Shown: positions 39,256 through 54,373 of the stretch, piece after piece
How the letters are laid out: the number at the start of each line of letters is the position of its first letter
Numbering within the stretch: the stretch's first letter is position 1
Source of the DNA: Phaeosaccion multiseriatum
Taxonomy: Eukaryota > Protista > Ochrophyta, other classes
DNA: 64,000 nt
Direction: 5' to 3'
Assembly: GCA_965112735.1 (NCBI GenBank)
Contig: OZ218951.1
Coordinates: forward strand, 3,658,001-3,722,000
Notes under the pieces: model-generated
The model's database searches: none
Seen by the model: only the letters and a program-made list of their open reading frames with translations
What the model was told of the DNA's origin: nothing
Made by a program: the position numbers and the translations under genes

Positions 39256-42200
39256 TTACAGAGGGTCGGCGGCGATGAGAAAGTCCAGCATGTCCTCTCG
39301 CCCCTCCAGGTTGAGCCCCTTCTCATTCGCCAGATGCAGCAAGCAGATAAAGTAGAAGGGAAGCGTGACCCCTTCTTGCTCCTCCTGCAGTGGGGGGGCG
39401 GGACAGACATGGGTCAGAGGTTGGCTGCAAGTGACAAAAGAAGATGTCGCACTTGAAACGAGTTCTGGTCCTTGCCTACCTGAGATGATACGGCGGCTAA
39501 AACATTGGAGAATTGGAGTAAAGGCTGCGGCTCCGGTGTTTTCTCCTCCTTCTGCTCGGCCGAGTCCTGCGCACAGTCGGGCTGCGACTGCTGCTGCTCC
39601 GCAAGGCCGTCCACATGGTCCCAGAGGTTGCACTTGAGACGGCGCACATCCACCCGCTTTGCCCGTGTTGCGTACCTACAGCCAAAGAAAGACGACACAC
39701 ACCGCAACGAGGCGCAGGTCAAGGACGACATCGACGAAGAAGGAGCAAAAAACGACTCTTTGCGTATCTTACCCAATCTTGATCTTCTCCACCTTCCTCG
39801 CCTGAAGCAGCGAGTGCCCTTCAAAGTCGTCTGGGATGGAATCTGCGTCTCCATCATTGATCCACCCTCCCCCGCCAGCATCAAAGTCATGGTCTCCATC
39901 CGTGTCAAGGTCATCATCCCCGCTCCCAAAGTCCAGGCCTCGCACACCGTCTGCAAACAGCCCCGCCTCGTCATACTTGTGCGAGCTCGCTTCGTGCAGG
40001 CCTCTCTCTGGAGCCGCACGTCGTGCCACCGCTGATCGGCGAAGGAAGAGCCTGGCAAGGTCCTTCGCTTGGAAGAGCATGTCCTGTGTGAAGTCATAAG
40101 GGCACTTGAGTCTGGACCAGGGGGTTTGTTTGCGTGCGGAGAAAGGGAGGGAGAGTTTACCTTGGGCAGTGTATTTGAGCTTGCTTGAATAGACTTGGCC
40201 ACATGTTGGTCGGATAGCTGTGTCTTGTCCTGGGCGCCCGATGATCGTTTCTTGCTCTTTTCCCCACTGTTTTTGGGCGCCGCGAACTCTTGGCTCTGAG
40301 GCTGCGAGGCAGCGGAAAAGGTCACGCCAAAGGGCTCCTTCTTTCGCGAACGAGCTCGCGGGACTGAGCGCTGTGTATGTTCAGCCTCGCGCTTAGCGGT
40401 GGCGCGCTTCTTTGCTACTGAGCGCTTAGTCTCTGCGAACTTCCAATGCGCAAGGCCTGCGGTGCAACAGAATTGTCAAAGGGACAGCAGGTCATCTCCT
40501 GCAGCAGGCCGGCGGGGCGACAAGAAAGCGCACGCAGCTCATTACACAAACCTGCCCATTTGTTGGTCGAAGCCGCTGCTGCCGTCGCCGCCCCTGTAGT
40601 GAAGAATGCATACTCATCATCCACCTGCCATGAGTTTCGAAAGAGGACTTTGTGAGACTCGAGCATTAGAATGCTAAGGCACTATGCAGACTGTATGTTA
40701 CCTCCAAGTTGCTGCAGAGGCCGTCTAGCAGACGCGAGCGGCTGCTGCTAACGGAGGAAGCGGAGTCGACTCCAGCCGCCACACAACTGACAGGTGAAGA
40801 GGCCTCTCCCCAGATCTTGGGGGAGTTCAAGTACGACAATAGAGGCCAAAGGGAAGAGGGATGAGAATGCGTTCAAGGCCATCGCCTCTTGGAGCACCAC
40901 CCTACGGTACGTACCAATGTGGGGCTCGCCTCGTCCTGCTCTGTATCCCCGACACTGTCGTTTCCCAGATTCATGTAATCGCAATCTTCATGCCCTCCAC
41001 CACCATCGTCACTGTCATCGTCGAACGCGGTCGAGGAGGCTCCGACGTTTCCTTCCTCCTCTTGTTCCAAACAAGAGTCCGCCTTTTCATCCATGCTGCG
41101 AAGGGAACCAACAGGGGGAAGCATAGAGACGTCAGCAGGAGCATATGAGTAGGACATGTACTTCAAGCCTCACCTCTCTCTGATTTCGTTCCTCAGCACT
41201 TGGAACTGAGGGCACAGCGGTGCGGACAAGAAATCGGTGCACAGCGAGAGGAGTTTACTTCTCAAGCCTCGAATGTCTACCGAGCTTCCTTCGCTGACGC
41301 GCGTTTTATGGCTGGAATGCTCGGCCTGCGCCTTGGGCATTATGACGTCTTCCCTTTCGCGCAGCAACGTCCCCTCTCCAGTCTCAGTGCCCTTGCGCGT
41401 GGTTCCAGACGTTTGGCACAGACCTCGCTCGCCATTCTTGATGCCTGCTTCTTGTACTTTTTCTTCTTCTTCATTTTTCCCTCCGCCGCTATCAAACACA
41501 ACCTGTTCGTAAGAAAGACAAGAGAACTGTTGAGAAAGAACACGTGGGTGAACTCGACGGGCAGAGCTCGACTCTCCTGACAGCCATCTGAGACGGACAG
41601 ATTGCACAGCAACATTCCCTTGGCCCCAGCTTCATCAAAAGTCTTGCTCATTTTGTGAAAGAGCGGGTCAACATCGAATTCGCGGTCGAGGTTCCTGCCA
41701 AGCGAGAAAGAGCAACATATGGAACACACTCGTTAATAGGTGAAGGGCGCCTCTTTAACCCCCCCTAGCTCCAAGCTCACGCACCCAATGTTTATACTCT
41801 TTGTAGTTTCTGCCAAAGTAGCTGCCTCCCCTGCTGAAGGTCTACCTGTCCCGCTTTTCCGCTCGGTAGCGGAGTCGTGATCTCCCTCGGGGCCTCGTCG
41901 CGCATCGTCCGTGCGGCTCAGATTCTCGAGGACCCGGTAGCTGGTGGCATACGTTTCGTCTACTCGGTAGGACCAAATCTTGATCGAAGCATCAAGTGTA
42001 CATGAAGCCTTTTGGAAATTCACCTTACCGTGCCCCTTGGCACTGTCTCCAGAGCCCCCCTCTTCTCCCCGGAGCAAGATGTGATCCATGTGGTCAATCA
42101 AGTTGAGGCTCCAGCTGTTCTTGGCATTGATTTTGTTCTCGCTGTTCAGCTTGATGATGTTGGTGTACATGTTGGTCAATTTCAGCTGAGGAATAAGCCA

Positions 42201-42532
42201 GAAGAGGACAAGGACGCAGGGGCGTCAGGCCTTCGAACTGGAAGAGCTCCTTCTCCTGGCATCTCCTTCACACTCACCGGGTCGCCACCAGCAGAGCCGT
42301 TCCCACCAGCACCAAACGACTTCCTGCTCAGCCCAAACCCGCTGCTCCTGCGCCTCCCTCCGCGGCTTGTCTTCCTCCCGCTTCGGCCAGTGGCAGCAGC
42401 AGGTGCAAGCACAACATCATCTTCTGCCCCCTCTGCCAAGCTGCTCTCTCCTCCCATGAGGTCCGGGGACAGAAAGACCTCCTCCGGGTGGGGGTGCCGC
42501 TGCTCCTCTTCCTCCCCCTCCTCCCCCTCCTC

Positions 42533-42575
<43 letters not shown>

Positions 42576-42580
42576 CGCAT
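39256..42580 (-). CDS. NCAPH: Condensin I kleisin subunit CAP-H (barren/BRN1)
   Basis: ENKINAKNSWSLNLID, NFQKASCTLDASIKIWSYRVD, VDPLFHKMSKTFDEAGAKG, WAGLAHWKF, YATRAKRVDVRRLK and FICLLHLANEKGL. Confidence 0.93.
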
Positions 42581-42723
42581 CACACACTCTCGCTCGCAAA
42601 GGGCCAGAATCAAAAACACCAACCGCCAAAACATGAAGTGCCATAAATCGAATCACAGATACCAAGGGTTCAAGGGAAAGAAAAGAAAGGCAGCGGCGGA
42701 TAATAATTCGGCGGGAACAGCGG

Positions 42724-45372
42724 ATGGCCCTATCAATGATGTGGCTCGTGGTGCTGCTGCTGCTTCCCGCCTTCCGCGCAGCCGAGTTGCTTGAGGAGGA
42801 GTACGACTACATTGTGGTCGGCGCAGGCGTGGCGGGCGGGGTCCTTGCCACGCGCCTGGCTCAGCTCGTCAAGGAAGCTGGAGAGACTGTGCTTGTCGTG
42901 GAAACTGGCTCGGATGAAAGCAAGAATCCTCTCCTCCAGCCGACTTTCTTCTTCAAGGACACCAAGTAAGAGAAAGGGGAGAAACAAGTTTGAGCTGCCT
43001 CCTTCTTTAGCCCGTATTTCCTGTGTGTGCAATGTTCTCCTGCTAGACACACACACCTGTATCGCGACTATTATAGCCAAGAGGGCCCGCAACTGAACAA
43101 TCGGCGGCTCCTCCACATGAGTCCCAAAGCCTTGGGGGGGGGCAGTGCAATCAACGCGATGGTGAGTGAGTGGCAGAGAGTGCCAGAGAGTGGCAGAGCT
43201 CGAGGAGAAGCACACGAGGGAATGGGGAGAGGGGGAGATGTTGCATCCTGCGTGTCCTCAGTGGCGAACTCGTGTCAACATTTTGTAGGTCTGGACCTGG
43301 GGAGATCGTCGGGATTGGGAAATATGGACCAATGTCACGGGCCTGGCGGAGTGGACTTTCGATGACGTCAAGGGCTACTACAAACGTATAGAGGCTTACG
43401 AAGCTCTCGATCCAACAGGGTGAGCGTCTACGCCCTACTATTAACCTGGAAGCCTGAAGGGAGGGGCAGCATCATGAATTGGCTCCCTCTAGAGCAGCAT
43501 GGGTGGCTTACCTCTGCCTTTTCCCGCCGAATGACGAAGAAACTTCCTGCTGTCCGCCACCTGTCTCAACTCTTTCTGCTGCTGCTGCTGCCGTTGTGGA
43601 TAAAAACTCATGATGGGATACGCTGGTGTGGCGACAGCTTGCGAGGAAGGAACGGCCCTGTCCACGTTTCTGTCTACGAGCCAAACGAGATTTCGCGCGC
43701 TGCAGTGACTGCAGCTGCAAAGACTTTTGGTGTCCCCGAAATAGCAGACCATAATGGGGATATCCATGAAGGATCGGCGATACTCCAGAGAAATGTGAGG
43801 GGCAATCAACCTCTTACGGCAGAGAGACAGAGCAGCTGGGTTAGCTTCCTGCAGCCTGGCAACGCCACTCTGGTAAGGAAGAGCTGCCGCTTCATTGCCT
43901 CAAACATTGCGTCGAGCTCACGACACTGGCTCCTGGACGGGTTGTGTGTATTGGTAGGACAACCTTCGCGTATTGGAGGGCGCTACGGTGACTAAGGTGT
44001 CGCTGGAGGACAAGGAGGCCACGGGGATTGAGTTGCTACTTCGGGGCAATTGTTTTTATGTAAGGTGAGTGGAGGGGTTGTGCTGAGTAGTTTGTAGGCC
44101 TGGCTACTCCTTTATGAATTCGGGCTCTACCCCTTGCCCCCCCGCCCTGTGTATCAAGTGCAAGAAAAGAGGTGATATTAAGTGCAGGTGGACAAAACTC
44201 CCCAAAGCTCATGCTACTGAGCGGTCTTGGCGATGAGGTAAGAAGAGTACATACGAGTCAATGGGTGTAGAGGGGTGTTTGCGAGGCCCTTCTTTCTCCA
44301 GGTGTCGGCACATCTATTCTCAAGCCTCGCGCGCCCCCCCTTTGCGGCAGGACGAGCTCATGGACGTTGGCGTAACCCCCGTGGCCCACCTTCCTGGAGT
44401 CGGAAAGGACATGCTCGATCACATTAATCCTGGCAGCTTGATATTTGCGGGTAAGCCGTGTAGGAAGTGGTCACATGCATGTCGAGAAACAACGTACTTT
44501 TCTGCGGCTCACACAATCTGTATGCCCCCCCCAGGCCCCCCACGACAAGACTATGACGGCAACCTGGTTGCGGCATACGGTCGTACAGGAGTAGAGGAGC
44601 CCGCTCTTACCCCAGACGTCGAGTTTGGATACATTATGGGGCCGGCAGACCTGAATCCTGCAAGCTGGGAGTATGTACCCAGTCTGCACATGTTCTACGT
44701 GCTGATGCTAAACAATGACGCAAAAGTAAGTCCCTCACGCGCCTTTGCTGAAAAGATATGTCAGCCTTGCCCTTCCAACCCTCTGCCTACCTTGTCCCCG
44801 CGTGCTGCAATAGGGCTCCATCAAGCTCTTTGACGCCGATCCTTTGAGCGACCCGGTGCTGGAAAGCGGCTACCTCAAGTCGAGTCGGGATGCACAGAGA
44901 GTTTGCATCATCATCCGGACGCTCTTCTTGTGGGCCGCTCGGATGAATGACGTTTTGCCCCTAAGCCAGGTAATGAGCGGGCCATACCCTCTGCCCATCA
45001 CGCCGCAATCCACGGACGACGAAATTCTTGAGGTGAGAATCGGAAGACGATCTTTGGTGTCTGTCTACAATACTAGTCCATGTCCAAGCGCTCTCCCTTC
45101 GCCCCCCGATTTCTCCTCTCCGCTCGCTGTCTGGCGCTGTGCAGGTGGTGCGGACCACCGTCGATACGCACTGGCACATTGCCAACACCTGCAGAATGGG
45201 CGACGTTCGCGACCCCAAGAGTGTCGTTGACGCACACTTTAGAGTCCACGGCATCAGAAATCTGCGAATAGTAGACGCCTCCGTGATGCCATCGGTGCCC
45301 AACGGACACCCCATGGCAACCATCATGGTCCTCGCAGAGAGAGCCGCGGAGTGGATAGCCCTATCACAATAG
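42724..45372 (+). CDS. Secreted GMC (AA3-like) FAD oxidoreductase
   Basis: Signal peptide; YDYIVVGAGVAG, KALGGGSAINAM, EVILSAG..SPKLMLLSG, LPGVGKDMLDH, WHIANTCRMG, VVDAHFRVHGIRNLRIVDASVMP and GHPMA. Confidence 0.92.
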
Positions 45373-45650
45373 TATAGTGCCTGGGGGGGCGGGGTAGTTC
45401 TTTAAAGGCCCTCCCTTGCAGGACGATAGAACGCTTGGCATTCACTGTATGTATGTATGCAGACACAAAACTCGATGCATTTTAAGACTCAAAAAGTATT
45501 TATAAGCAGCATCGATTAAAAGCACTTAAGGGTAGCTACTCAAGGATCTCTCTCCACGGGTTCACCTCCAATATCTGTGCCTCTAACCCGCCAAACTAGA
45601 CGAGCAAGAGTATATGGTCCTCTGTGCGACTCGGTGTCTCTATTGTCTGA

Positions 45651-47057
45651 TTACTTCCACCAGGGCTCATCACCAGTTCTAAAATCGGTTTCCGTCCTGT
45701 GAAGCAACAGAGGTTAGGAGGAAAATTAAAATGAGAAGTGAGTCAGCTGGAGGGAAGCAAGAAATGCCCGCAAGTCGCAAGAAAGGTGTTCTCTTGAAAT
45801 GAGGTATCGCGGCACGGGAAGCGAGGAAAGCGACGAAGGTGGTGAAATCACACATAAGAGTTCTCAAAGATAAGAAACCCAGACATGTAGTTTCTCAACG
45901 TGGGAAACAGGAAGCCCATAGGAGAGTAGGTGATGAGACAAAACGCACAAACCTCTTCCAAGCCGCAAAGATGCAGTAAAGAAGATGACAAAAGACACCA
46001 ACGTGGCTAGCTCTTATGACTCACCATGGGGTGAAAGTGACCTTTCCTTCAACGTCCGCGACGTGGGACAGAGGCAGAGAGAGGGGCGCTGGACCGCGCA
46101 CAACCTTTCCGTTCTTGTCGTACTGGGAGCCATGGCAGGGGCAGATGAACTTGTTCTCTGATGCGTTCCAGGGCACAACACAACCCAGATGGGTGCACAC
46201 AGCCACAATACCGAAGTCCTCTAGGGTCTTGTCCTCCTTCACAATCTGTAGGAGGCGACAGAAAAGAACACGGTCAGAACTACTTCGTTCGAGGGATACC
46301 TATTGGTATGACTGCTGGGAAGAGAGAGATATCTGTGTGTATGGAAGGACGGCATGAGGGGCTGTGCTGAAATGAACTGGGGGAGGGGGGAGGGCGGAAG
46401 GGGTCTGAAGGTGGTCAAGGCGTAGAACCAACCAACAGGCTCTGTAAGTGGCGATTCCGTAGACTGCTTCACTTACCAAGTACGTTGCGTCTCCCTTGAT
46501 ACCCTCCACCAGCTCACGTGCCCCAGCCTTATGCGTGCTCAGCCAGCCCTCGTACGTAACGTCTGCCCCAACTGCGTCTCGTGCCGTAAGACCCGCCCCC
46601 GCATCCCCCCCACTCCTGGGCACAAAGAAGGAAACGTACGGAACTGCCAAACCCAGGACAGACACACCTGATAGGACAACGAGAGGGAACAGAGGGTTAT
46701 CACCTGCTCTCACGGCATCACACCCTCTCACTCCCCCCCCACCCCCCCCCGGCCAAATTCAGTCGTACCAGCTGACCCCGCCAGGATAAGATTCATGAGG
46801 TTACGCCTGTCCATGTCGGGAACAAAGGCGTCCTCACCAGACATGGACATGGCTGACTTGGACACGGGGGCGGTCTGCACAGGCAACAGGGTTGAGGGAG
46901 GGTCTCAGGCTTAGCAAAGACAGAAAATGCGCATGTAGGCCAATTCGCGTACCTTTCGAGCGGCGATGCGAGCTCCCCCAAAGGCTGAGGGGGCCACAAA
47001 GGCCTGCACGGAGGCCACAGCCAGGGCCAGGAATGCAACGACAGCGGGTGCCTTCAT
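45651..47057 (-). CDS. petC: Cytochrome b6f Rieske iron-sulfur subunit, plastid-targeted
   Basis: VQA-FVAP presequence; [50 protein letters not shown] and last exon [14 protein letters not shown] (45651-45696). Confidence 0.96.
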
Positions 47058-47217
47058 CTTGTCTTGCTGCTATAAAAGAAAAAATATCTGCTCTCTCCCT
47101 GCCTCAAAGTCAGGGTGTTCCCCGGGGGGGCGAGGAGAATCCCTCCTTACGTAGGCCCCGCCATTTGTAAAGACACCAGTTGTGCGTCCAACGAGAAGAG
47201 GCACTCGCTTTCCGCCC

Positions 47218-49888
<2,671 letters not shown>

Positions 49889-50141
49889 ACACAGACGCAT
49901 GTATATTTGTATATATCGTTTCCGTCCCGTAGCTGCAAACTGCGGTGGCAGCTGATGGTTGGCCGGCCGGGCGCGAACATCCGTATCATAAGGTTACGAA
50001 ACCCATTACGTAAGCGCGTACGTGTTTGGTCCCCATGCTGGTTTTCGCTGATGTGTGATTAAAAGTCGAATGAAACACAGCAGCAGTCAACACAGGTACA
50101 AACAGGCAGTCTCGGCACAGGAGCCAAGCGCCGCAGCTAAA

Positions 50142-51978
50142 ATGAGAAGCGTCGCTGCGCTTTGTCTGGCCTGCTGGGCGGGGAGTGCAAATTGCTTTGT
50201 CCTGAATTCGCCAGCGCAGCTGAGCCGGGCACCTCTGGGATTTGCCAGGCCAGCAGGGGCAGCAGCCACGGTGGGCGTAGCAGCGGGGGCAGCAAGAGTG
50301 GGCCCCAGGTGCGAGCTGGAAGGACTTTTGCCTGGCGGAGGAGGGGAGATGCTCATTTTCCGCCTCTGTGTGTTCCCCCTCTGTCTCTGGGGTCTGGACG
50401 CGCTCCCCCCCCCCTCCTGTGTGCAGATGTCTGCCGTCAAGTAGGAGTATGTCCACCGCGGAGCCGGAGGTCGAAGAGTTCACAGATGCTATGTTGGACG
50501 AGCTGTTTGAGTTGGAGCAGGAGCCAGAAACATACCCAGACACCGAGCTTACGAGGAAGTACGGGCACTTGAGAGGTGCCGACATCAAGCCTGTGGGAGC
50601 GACTATGCAGGCCTTTAACAAGCTGGTGAGTGGAGCGCAGGGTGGGTTCGGCGGGCCTGTGGAATGCAAATGCCTTTCTGACTCTTTGTGTGTTTTGTGT
50701 GTTGGTTTGCATGGCTCTGCAGTACCGGCTGCCAGTCCTTCCCAACTACCGAGTCCTGGTGACGGAGATTCTTCAGAGCACACACCTTAGCGTTGTCGAC
50801 GCTCGATTTGGGTACGACGCCTTCTTTGCGTTCGGGCTAGTGAATGCTTACAACAGGTACGACAGAGACGAAGGGACGGGGGGGGGGGGGGGGTGGGGGG
50901 AGCGAATCGTATATGGTGAGTATGTTGTGTTTCATGCCTTCACCCCTCTCCTCTCGACTCTTTTTCGCGTTGCTCGGTGTTGCACTCCTTAGTTTGATGG
51001 GCTCGTACCCCCGCGGCCAGAAGGACGTCATCTTTGATGCCATCGTTCGGGCGCTCGACTTCGACACCGAGAAAGTGTTGGGAGATGCTGAAAAGCTCGG
51101 GGCTTTCCTGGAGGGAAAGACAGGAGACGACATGTTGAAAACTCTCCGCGGAGAGGGAGACGACGAGTACGCCGAGCGCTTCAAGGTACAGCACCGAAGC
51201 CTTCGTTTCTCATGATGTGACTACAGAAGTCTTCTCTTGCCCCCTTTCTCACATACGCACGATACACATACTCTGTCCATGTTTTTTGCTTCTTGATACC
51301 AGGTCATCTCGGGTCTTGGCATTGACTTCAAATACAACCGGATGTGGGCAATTGGCATGATCACGGCTATGAAGGCCGTGAACGTCGAACCCACCGAGGA
51401 TAGCGTGAAGGAGTGGTTTGACATTATCAACGTCAATGCCAAGGCGGGCAACGCTGACCTGGACCTGTTCAACGACTCCCTGGAGCGGATCGCGGAGGTG
51501 AGGGCGTCTCTTCAGTCTCTGAGAAGCGTGCTTGTCCGTTTGTGTTTTGAAGAATCTCACCTATCTGCTCAACCTGCTCAACAACCCCAGGCCGAGCAAA
51601 TGTACAAGGAGATTGAGATCCGCGAGAAGAAGAAGATGGCCGAGCGACTCGAGGAGAAGGTAAGGCTTTCTTTCATCATACCTTCGGGGAGCGGAGGGAC
51701 AGTATAACCCGCGACGCTGCACCTCACAGGGTTTTGTCTTTGTGTGTGGTTTTCTGAAGTCTTACCTCACAGGGCTTTGTTTGGGCTAGGGATTGTTTCT
51801 TTTGGTGGGCTTTTTTAGTCTTGTTGCCTTCCTCACAATGCCACCCCATCAAATCTCTCGTGCACAACAGGCGAAGAAGGCGCTTGAGGCAGCCAAGGAA
51901 GCAGAAGCGAAGGAGGCAGCAGTGCTAGCAGGAGGAGGCGAGGAAGACGCGGAGAAGACGGAGACAGCGGAAGAATAG
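50142..51978 (+). CDS. THF1: THYLAKOID FORMATION1 / Psb29 homolog
   Basis: ANC-FVL presequence; VGATMQAFNKLY..PV..YRVLVTEIL..THL.....RFGYDAFFAFG, FKYNRMWAIG and DLDLF...LE. Confidence 0.85.
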
Positions 51979-52576
51979 AGGTTTCGTCCCATGAGAGGAT
52001 ACCATAGAACATATACGGATTAGACATGTTACATGACCAACTCCTGGGAGGGGCTACGTCTTGGGTAAGCAAGGGGCCCCCCTTGAACGCTCTTTCCAAA
52101 ACTACTCCCCACACTTTATATATATATATATATATTTTGCAAAAAGCCTTTTGTGTTGTTCACTTGTAAGTGCCCTTGTGTTGAAGAGTGGAAAGAAAAA
52201 GTAGTTTTTCGAACAGCACGAGTTTACGAGTCGATAGGGCGAAAAACGTATTTCAAGTAGGGGAGGACAGGCAACCAGAAAGATCGGATGGAGGCAAGGA
52301 TAGGCCGCGCCGACTGACGCGAGGGCCCAATGGCCCCCGCACGGCCACGTAAGACGCTCACCCCACCGGGGGAGAGCAGCAATGGAGCACTCACAAAGTG
52401 AAAAAGGAGGCGACGCGAGTACAGCGTCGTAAGAGTTGCAGAAGAAAGTACGGCGCAGCACTTGGGCCCCAGACTGGCCTAGAAGCCTAGGCCTAGAGTC
52501 GAAATTTGGCCGGCCTAGGGGGGCCGCAGGCCCCCGGCCTAGGCCTGTTTTTGGCGCAGCCCCCCCGCCCTAGGAT

Positions 52577-52767
52577 GACCCTGGACAAGATTACGGTGTG
52601 CGCCGGGACCGCAATCAGTAATCAGCCCCCAGCTGGCGCATAATCAGTACTCAGGCCGGCTGGTCACCGGCTGTAAGCAACCAGGCCGGCTGGCGCCGGT
52701 CATAATCAGAAATCAGGCCGGCTGCACCGGCCGTAATCAGTAATCAGATAATCTTGTCCAGGGTCGA
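52577..52767. mobile_element. MITE with 17-bp perfect TIR, related to the 445-678 element
   Basis: GACCCTGGACAAGATTA (52577-52593) pairs with TAATCTTGTCCAGGGTC (52749-52765). Internal repeats are TAATCAG and GGCCGGCTGG..CCGG. Confidence 0.85.
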
Positions 52768-54133
52768 CTCCCTCCCTCCCTCCCTCCCTCCCTCCCTTCC
52801 TCCCTCCCTCCCTCCCTCCCTTCCTCCCTCCCTCCCTCCCTCCCTCCCTCCCTCCCAATATGAGGGAGAGTACCCCAGAAGAAAGTAACCCAGAAGAAAG
52901 AATTTTCGACATCGACATCACGCTTTCTGCACTGGTCGCCTCTTGTGTGCCGCCAGAGGGCAGTATTGGTGCGGGGGCCGCTGCGACCATCGCCCTGCTC
53001 AGAGCAGTCGTAACCTGTATGCTCGACACGCCCTTCGCCAGCACGCTACCGCGTGGGAAAGACATCGTCGTCACACTCCCCGGTGGATCCTCTCTGTCTT
53101 TCGACAATATCGCTACATCAACACCTAGGAACGACAACACCTCTGCAGACGAGTGCAAGGCCTTCAACTCTCTCCGTTTCCGGGCAGACTTCTCCTGGGG
53201 TGTCATGTGCCTTCCTTCTCCCCTCTCGAGTTTTTTCTTGGTCATTCTGTGTTCCGTGTTGTGCAATCCCAGAGGAACGAGGGACATGGCGGCATTTGAA
53301 GAACAATCTGGCGTTAGTGAAGTGGAGGATGGAGGGGAATTAGATCGGAAGTAGGCACAGACGTTGCGGGAGGTCGATTTAGAGCTAACGGGAGCGCGGG
53401 GGTCAAGCAAAGGCAAACATGTCGGATTAGCCCTCGGTACGTGCCTGTTCTTGGATGACGTTGACGAGGACCCAGTTGCTGCTGCGGTGCTAAGAAGACC
53501 AGGGGCGAGAAGGGCGGAAGTGGTAGCGGCATCAGCAGCAGCAACAGTGGCCGCAGAAGCTGCGACCGCTGCGGCATCGATATCAGAAGTGGTGTGAACA
53601 TAGCTTGCTTTCCCCACTGCATTCCCTCCAGCTGTATCTCCAGCTCCAGCGGCTGGTAATGCGCTCCCTCCATCCTCTGGCCCTGCCCCTCGCATCATTT
53701 GAGGGGTGCCTCCATCCCCCGTACTTGAGGTTGGAAGTAAGTTTCCCAGATCAACGTTTACGGATCCTCGGGATCCTGCCTCACGACGCTGCGTTGCAGC
53801 TGCGGCTGCTGCTGCAGCTGCTGGTGGTGGTGCTGCTGCTGATTGGGAATCCCGATCCCCCCCGAGTTGCGGCTCCCCAGGACCCTGCGTAGCTGTTGCT
53901 TCTGTTGCTACTGGTGCTGCTGATGTTGCCGCTGCTGGTGCTGCTACTGCTTTGTCTTCTGCTTGTCCTGCTGTGCTTCTAGTCACCGGTACCATCGTCG
54001 CCGCCGCAAGCTTGAAAGAAAAAGGATTTGAATGCTTATGCTTATGCTGGGAACATCCAACGTGGTGGTGATGCGTCATGCCGCCAGCCTGTAGCTCTTG
54101 CAAGGGTGGTGGGTATCCTACGGAGACCCGCAT
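52706..54133 (-). CDS. Intronless orphan ORF, Ala/Ser/Thr-rich; possibly TE-derived or non-functional
   Basis: 475-codon open frame with no recognisable domain. Its 3' end reads through (GGGA)n and stops inside the MITE. Confidence 0.35.
   Translation of the reverse strand: MRVSVGYPPPLQELQAGGMTHHHHVGCSQHKHKHSNPFSFKLAAATMVPVTRSTAGQAEDKAVAAPAAATSAAPVATEATATQGPGEPQLGGDRDSQSAAAPPPAAAAAAAAATQRREAGSRGSVNVDLGNLLPTSSTGDGGTPQMMRGAGPEDGGSALPAAGAGDTAGGNAVGKASYVHTTSDIDAAAVAASAATVAAADAATTSALLAPGLLSTAAATGSSSTSSKNRHVPRANPTCLPLLDPRAPVSSKSTSRNVCAYFRSNSPPSSTSLTPDCSSNAAMSLVPLGLHNTEHRMTKKKLERGEGRHMTPQEKSARKRRELKALHSSAEVLSFLGVDVAILSKDREDPPGSVTTMSFPRGSVLAKGVSSIQVTTALSRAMVAAAPAPILPSGGTQEATSAESVMSMSKILSSGLLSSGVLSLILGGREGGREGGRKGGREGGRKGGREGGREGVDPGQDYLITDYGRCSRPDF
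52768..52856. repeat. (CCCT)n microsatellite
   Basis: Direct inspection of the sequence. Confidence 0.95.
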
Positions 54134-54373
54134 CGGGTTTCGGTACTTTAGTGAAGCATCAGCACGAGACCCCCCCCCCCCTTCCTGCGGGTTACCATAT
54201 GATACCCGCCCCTATTTTGTTACCTTTATCCCAAGTGAGTCGAAAGTGAGCACACGAGGCGAAGGCATATGGGTAGTACCGGGTGTCAGGACGCAGTGGA
54301 CTGAAAGATAAACTGAAATTTTCCTTCTCCCTCCCTCCCAATCTCTCCCAATCTCTCCTTCTCCACTAGAAAC

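Noticed and set aside
45697-46024. Enlarged petC intron as a snoRNA host
   Set aside because: No C/D box pair or convincing H/ACA structure on the sense strand.
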